Assembly: GCA_963719525.1 (NCBI GenBank)
Contig: CAVRCG010000004.1
Location: 989,579-1,053,578, forward strand
DNA from: an uncultured Cytophagales bacterium
GTDB taxonomy: Bacteria > Bacteroidota > Bacteroidia > Cytophagales > Bernardetiaceae
DNA: 64,000 bases
Reading direction: 5' to 3'
Every line of letters begins with the position of its first letter. Within the stretch, counting starts at the first letter, position 1. The notes below the pieces were generated by a model. The model was not told the origin of the DNA, made no database searches, and was given only the letters and a program-made list of their open reading frames with translations. The position numbers and the translations under genes were made by a program. Shown here one piece after another: positions 60,548 to 64,000 of the stretch.

Positions 60548-63400
60548 TTAGTTTACTACAAAACGTTTTGTAATCATTCCTTTAGTGGTTTCGAAACGAA
60601 CAAAGTAAAGTCCTTTTGGTAAATTATTTATCTGTATAGTTTTATCGGATGGCAAAACTCCCGTTTTTATAGTCGTTCCAAGTACATTTACGATGGAATA
60701 ATTTTTTAATTCAATAGAATTTGCTTCTATAGCAATAAAATCAGATGCAGGATTGGGAAATAATTTTATATTTTCTGCAAAACTGTTTTGTTCTTCTGAC
60801 GACAAAATTTTGTTTGAAGTCATAATTGGATAAATTGCATGTGCTGCTAAAATCCCTTTTCCTCCTTCTGATTTTGACTTTGAATAAGGTTGCCAAGCAT
60901 TATCTGCTAGTTGAGTCCAAGCTGTGTTTTCTTTTTCCAAACTAGCTGGAGTAGTTAGAATAGAAAATCTATGATTGTCATAGTAATTCAAATTAACGCT
61001 TACATAAAAATCTCCTAAAACTTCAATAGGTCTATCAAAACGAATTCTTACGAATCCGTATTTGTCTATCAATTTTTTCAATTTGTAAAAAGGAACAAAA
61101 ACAGAGTCTACCAAAACTTTAGGCGATTTGTCATAAGAATCAGCAGTTAGAACATCAATACGCAGCAATTTATTTTCATTTCCTTGTACTTCAAGTGCTG
61201 ATAAATAAATTTCTACTCCCTCTAAGACAGCATTCTGAAAACCAGAAAAGTATTCAGCTTTTGCTTTATCATTCTTAGCATTGTGTCCTGCTACAAAACC
61301 TATACTATTCTCCAAAACAGTTGGTCTACCTTCTGTATTTTTGACTAAAAGATAATTCTCTATTATTTTGATATAATCTTGTCTTCTAAGTTGAGTTGTT
61401 CCATCAAAATTGGTTGCCTCTAGCAAAACATCGTACTCTCCTTCTTTTGTATATTTTGTTTTGACGATAGATTTATCTGATTGTGAAACGGTTGCACCTT
61501 CAAAAATCCATTCCAAACTTATAGGAGCATTTCCAGATAAATCACTAAATTCTATTTCTTCATTCGGAAGAGCCAACGTAAAGTCAGCTACAAAATCTAT
61601 GATAGGTTTTCCGTCGAATACTGGATAAATAGAATAAGAAGTTGAAATTCCTACTCCTCCCTCTGCAATAGGTGTAGATAAAGATTGCCATTTTCCATCA
61701 TCTGTTTTCTCCCAAGCCTTATTTGCTTCATTAGGAATATTGCAAGCTCCTTTCCAGAAAAATAAATTTGTATTGCTTTTTACAGAGATATAAAAGTTAT
61801 CGGAAACTTCTAAAAGTTGGTCAAATAAAAATAAGTAATTATTTCTTTGCGAAACTTGATTCTTAAAATCTCTAGCACTCATCTGCACAGATTTCAAAAC
61901 TGTTTTTGGAGATTGATTTATTCCATCAGCATCCAAAATTGAAATGACTATATCAGAAGTCTCATTATTGTTTTCTAAAAAACCAGCTTTAAGCTGAATA
62001 CCTTTCAAGAGGGAAGAATTTCTAGAAGACACATACTCAGCTCGTTCTACATCAGTACTTTGATTAGGAAAAGTAAAAAGATGTTCTGTACTTTCTTCTG
62101 GTAGTAAAGAATAAGGAGGTGTTTCTACGCTACAACCTCTGCTATCTATTATTTTGGCTTTAAACCAATACACTTCATTTTCTGTGGTTGTATAATAAAG
62201 AGAGGGCGTTCTATCAAAACGATCTCTTGGCATCCAATCTACTCTTTCCCAATTTGAGCTTTGGTTAGGAACTTCTTGTTCAGTATTTGAACTCGTTACA
62301 TACCAAATTATTTTTTGTGTACCTATCGCACCCTCTATAAGTATAGATAATTCACTAATAAAAAACGGACAATGGACAGATAAACTATTACGAAAATTAG
62401 CTTTAAAAGCTGATCCTTCAAAGATAAAATTAAGTACCGAACGCTGCCCATTTTCATCAAAGGCTTCCATTACATAATATTCACCTGGTGTACATACAGG
62501 ATTCAAATCTAATGAATACCAATTTTTACCTACATTTTTCTCTAATCTCAATGTTCCTATTTTACATCGTTCTGCATTGTAAAGATAGGCTTCTAACATA
62601 CCTTCTCTATATCTTTCGTAAAACTTAAAACTAAGAAAACCGTGAAATGTAGAATAATAACTTGAAGATAAATCTTCAGTAAGACTCACATAAGAACTAA
62701 GTCCTTTGTATAGATAACCGTAATTAGAAATTGGATAATCAGGCATACAAACACCACGAATTATTAGATGTGGAGCTTCAATTTTTGTAGCACATGTTTG
62801 ATTTTCGTTCCAAACAGTAAGCTCATAAATTCCTGCGTCTTCTTCTGTAAGTGAAGATTTGGAGAAATTTTTAGTAGTACTCAAAACAGCAGGATTTGTA
62901 ATTTCTGCCATTAATTTTGTTTTTATTTTGCGCCATTCGTAGGTATAATTTCCATTAGAATTTTCCAAAATAGGAGAAAAAGTAACATTATCTCCTCTAT
63001 TGAGCATACATCCATCAGACTCAATAGCAATAACAACGGCTTTTTTATCAATCGTAATCGGAACTTCTACACTGCTACTCTTCGAGCCATTTAAGGAAGC
63101 TACTGCATAAATTTTATTTCTTCCAAGTCCGAACGTAATTATAGAATCTAAAGGAAATATTTCTCCATTTTGTGAAATTGTAAAAGGTTGAGTTGCATTA
63201 ACATTATTACTCATATACCATTCTATACTTGCATTTTGTGTAGAAGAAGTAGCCGAAATAAGCATTTTATCTCCCTGACAATAAACAGAATAATTTGCAA
63301 CTGGAGCATTAACTTGTCCAAAAACAAACGATGGCAAAAAAGCCATTGAAAAAACGAGTTGGAACAAAAATGCACTTTTTTTAGGTATTCTTAATTTCAT
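60548..63400 (-). CDS. Large secreted protein with Ig/PKD-like domains and a T9SS C-terminal sorting domain
   Basis: Signal peptide. PKD-like segment (…LEWIFEGATVSQSDKSIVKTKYTKEGEYDVLLEATNFDG…). C-terminus …LFPNPASDFIAIEAN…GLYFVRFETTKGMITKRFVVN. Confidence 0.75.
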   Translation of the reverse strand: MKLRIPKKSAFLFQLVFSMAFLPSFVFGQVNAPVANYSVYCQGDKMLISATSSTQNASIEWYMSNNVNATQPFTISQNGEIFPLDSIITFGLGRNKIYAVASLNGSKSSSVEVPITIDKKAVVIAIESDGCMLNRGDNVTFSPILENSNGNYTYEWRKIKTKLMAEITNPAVLSTTKNFSKSSLTEEDAGIYELTVWNENQTCATKIEAPHLIIRGVCMPDYPISNYGYLYKGLSSYVSLTEDLSSSYYSTFHGFLSFKFYERYREGMLEAYLYNAERCKIGTLRLEKNVGKNWYSLDLNPVCTPGEYYVMEAFDENGQRSVLNFIFEGSAFKANFRNSLSVHCPFFISELSILIEGAIGTQKIIWYVTSSNTEQEVPNQSSNWERVDWMPRDRFDRTPSLYYTTTENEVYWFKAKIIDSRGCSVETPPYSLLPEESTEHLFTFPNQSTDVERAEYVSSRNSSLLKGIQLKAGFLENNNETSDIVISILDADGINQSPKTVLKSVQMSARDFKNQVSQRNNYLFLFDQLLEVSDNFYISVKSNTNLFFWKGACNIPNEANKAWEKTDDGKWQSLSTPIAEGGVGISTSYSIYPVFDGKPIIDFVADFTLALPNEEIEFSDLSGNAPISLEWIFEGATVSQSDKSIVKTKYTKEGEYDVLLEATNFDGTTQLRRQDYIKIIENYLLVKNTEGRPTVLENSIGFVAGHNAKNDKAKAEYFSGFQNAVLEGVEIYLSALEVQGNENKLLRIDVLTADSYDKSPKVLVDSVFVPFYKLKKLIDKYGFVRIRFDRPIEVLGDFYVSVNLNYYDNHRFSILTTPASLEKENTAWTQLADNAWQPYSKSKSEGGKGILAAHAIYPIMTSNKILSSEEQNSFAENIKLFPNPASDFIAIEANSIELKNYSIVNVLGTTIKTGVLPSDKTIQINNLPKGLYFVRFETTKGMITKRFVVN

Positions 63401-63805
63401 ATCTTTAAATTTAATTTAACTGATTTGGGTAATACAAAGATACAATTTTACTTTGACAAGTAGGTTGATTAAATCTAACAATGAAGTTTCTTCTTTTTCT
63501 ATTGGCTGCGTAATTAATAAACAACAATTTCAAATTATTTTTATATAAAAAACCCAAAAAACGATTTAGATTTGTTTCTTTGACTAAACTACTATAAATT
63601 AGTTCTATCAACTTTCAAATCTATATTTATTTTCAAATTTGCTTGTGATTTGTTGTTTCAATATTTTGTATCAAAATCTGCTTTTAGGAATAAAGATTAA
63701 TTAGAATTATATTGTTTATTATTTGTAATGAATTGCATTCGTAATTGTCTTTATAATCTAACTAGTCTAATTACTACTTTGATGAATATTTATTTTACTC
63801 GTTTT

Positions 63806-64000
63806 ATGCCCAACCAAAAACTGCTTACTGTTTCGGTTTTTTCTGTCTTTTTATTTCTCTGTTTTTCGAAGACTTTGTACAGTCAAACTTTAATTCCTTT
63901 TCATCAAATTAGCGAAGACGGAGAGACTGAAAAGTATGGCTATAAAGACAAAAAAACAGGAATGATTCTTATTGCTGCTCATTACTCTCAAGCATTAGAT
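63806..64000 (+). CDS. Secreted protein, 5' part only (possible WG-repeat protein: KYGYKDKKTGMILI)
   Basis: ATG at 63806, signal peptide MPNQKLLTVSVFSVFLFLCFSKTLYSQ. The frame is open to the window end. Confidence 0.3.
   Translation, partial: MPNQKLLTVSVFSVFLFLCFSKTLYSQTLIPFHQISEDGETEKYGYKDKKTGMILIAAHYSQALD

Noticed and set aside
1-64000. tRNA, rRNA and integrase/transposase genes
   Set aside because: I scanned the intergenic regions for a T-loop (GTTCGAATC-like) with an acceptor-stem context and for recombinase motifs. None were found. The only GGTTCGAA hit (about 59266) lies inside the GC-rich repeat, with no cloverleaf.

Overview
This window looks like a low-GC (about 35%) Bacteroidota chromosome, probably Cytophagia-like. 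Supporting evidence: four proteins ending in a type IX secretion (T9SS/Por) C-terminal sorting domain, a Bacteroides-type sdh/frd CAB operon, a TonB-dependent receptor, OmpA and OmpH proteins, many lipoprotein signal peptides, and a 'four-helix-bundle' (23S-IVS type) gene.

Gene content, in order:
- a two-component pair (partial receiver, plus a hybrid REC-HisKA-HATPase kinase)
- thioredoxin
- an S41 C-terminal processing protease
- a giant (about 3,800 aa) repeat-rich T9SS adhesin broken into three frames
- an OmpA-family protein, an FKBP-type isomerase and an HExxH metallopeptidase lipoprotein
- a small XRE-regulator cassette
- a class-I aminotransferase
- two paralogous M43 (pappalysin-like) metalloproteases, both T9SS cargo, with a mini-peptide between them
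- a TPR/CHAT protease next to a membrane TPR protein
- a TonB-dependent receptor
- sdhCAB
- a Uma2 nuclease
- Tex (frameshifted)
- a four-helix-bundle gene embedded in GC-rich tandem repeats, next to a type IIG restriction-modification enzyme (frameshifted)
- OmpH
- a JAB/MPN protein, rsmE, a DUF4159 protein, folB (with two in-frame TGA codons), and a PKD-domain T9SS protein.

Two things stand out. First, there is a family of nested-palindromic MITE-like elements sharing a TTTGCAAAC core and GGTATCACGGTT-type termini, present in three copies. Second, there are unusually many interrupted genes: five genes (six events) carry in-frame disruptions or frameshifts, and folB has two in-frame TGA stops. 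This means either indel-prone sequence or ongoing gene decay or phase variation.

I found no tRNA, rRNA or CRISPR. I could not identify a single unambiguous novel system. The best candidates are the secreted TPR-CHAT protease with its membrane TPR partner (broken at a T7 tract), the repeat-embedded four-helix-bundle/type-IIG RM locus, and the MITE-like element family.
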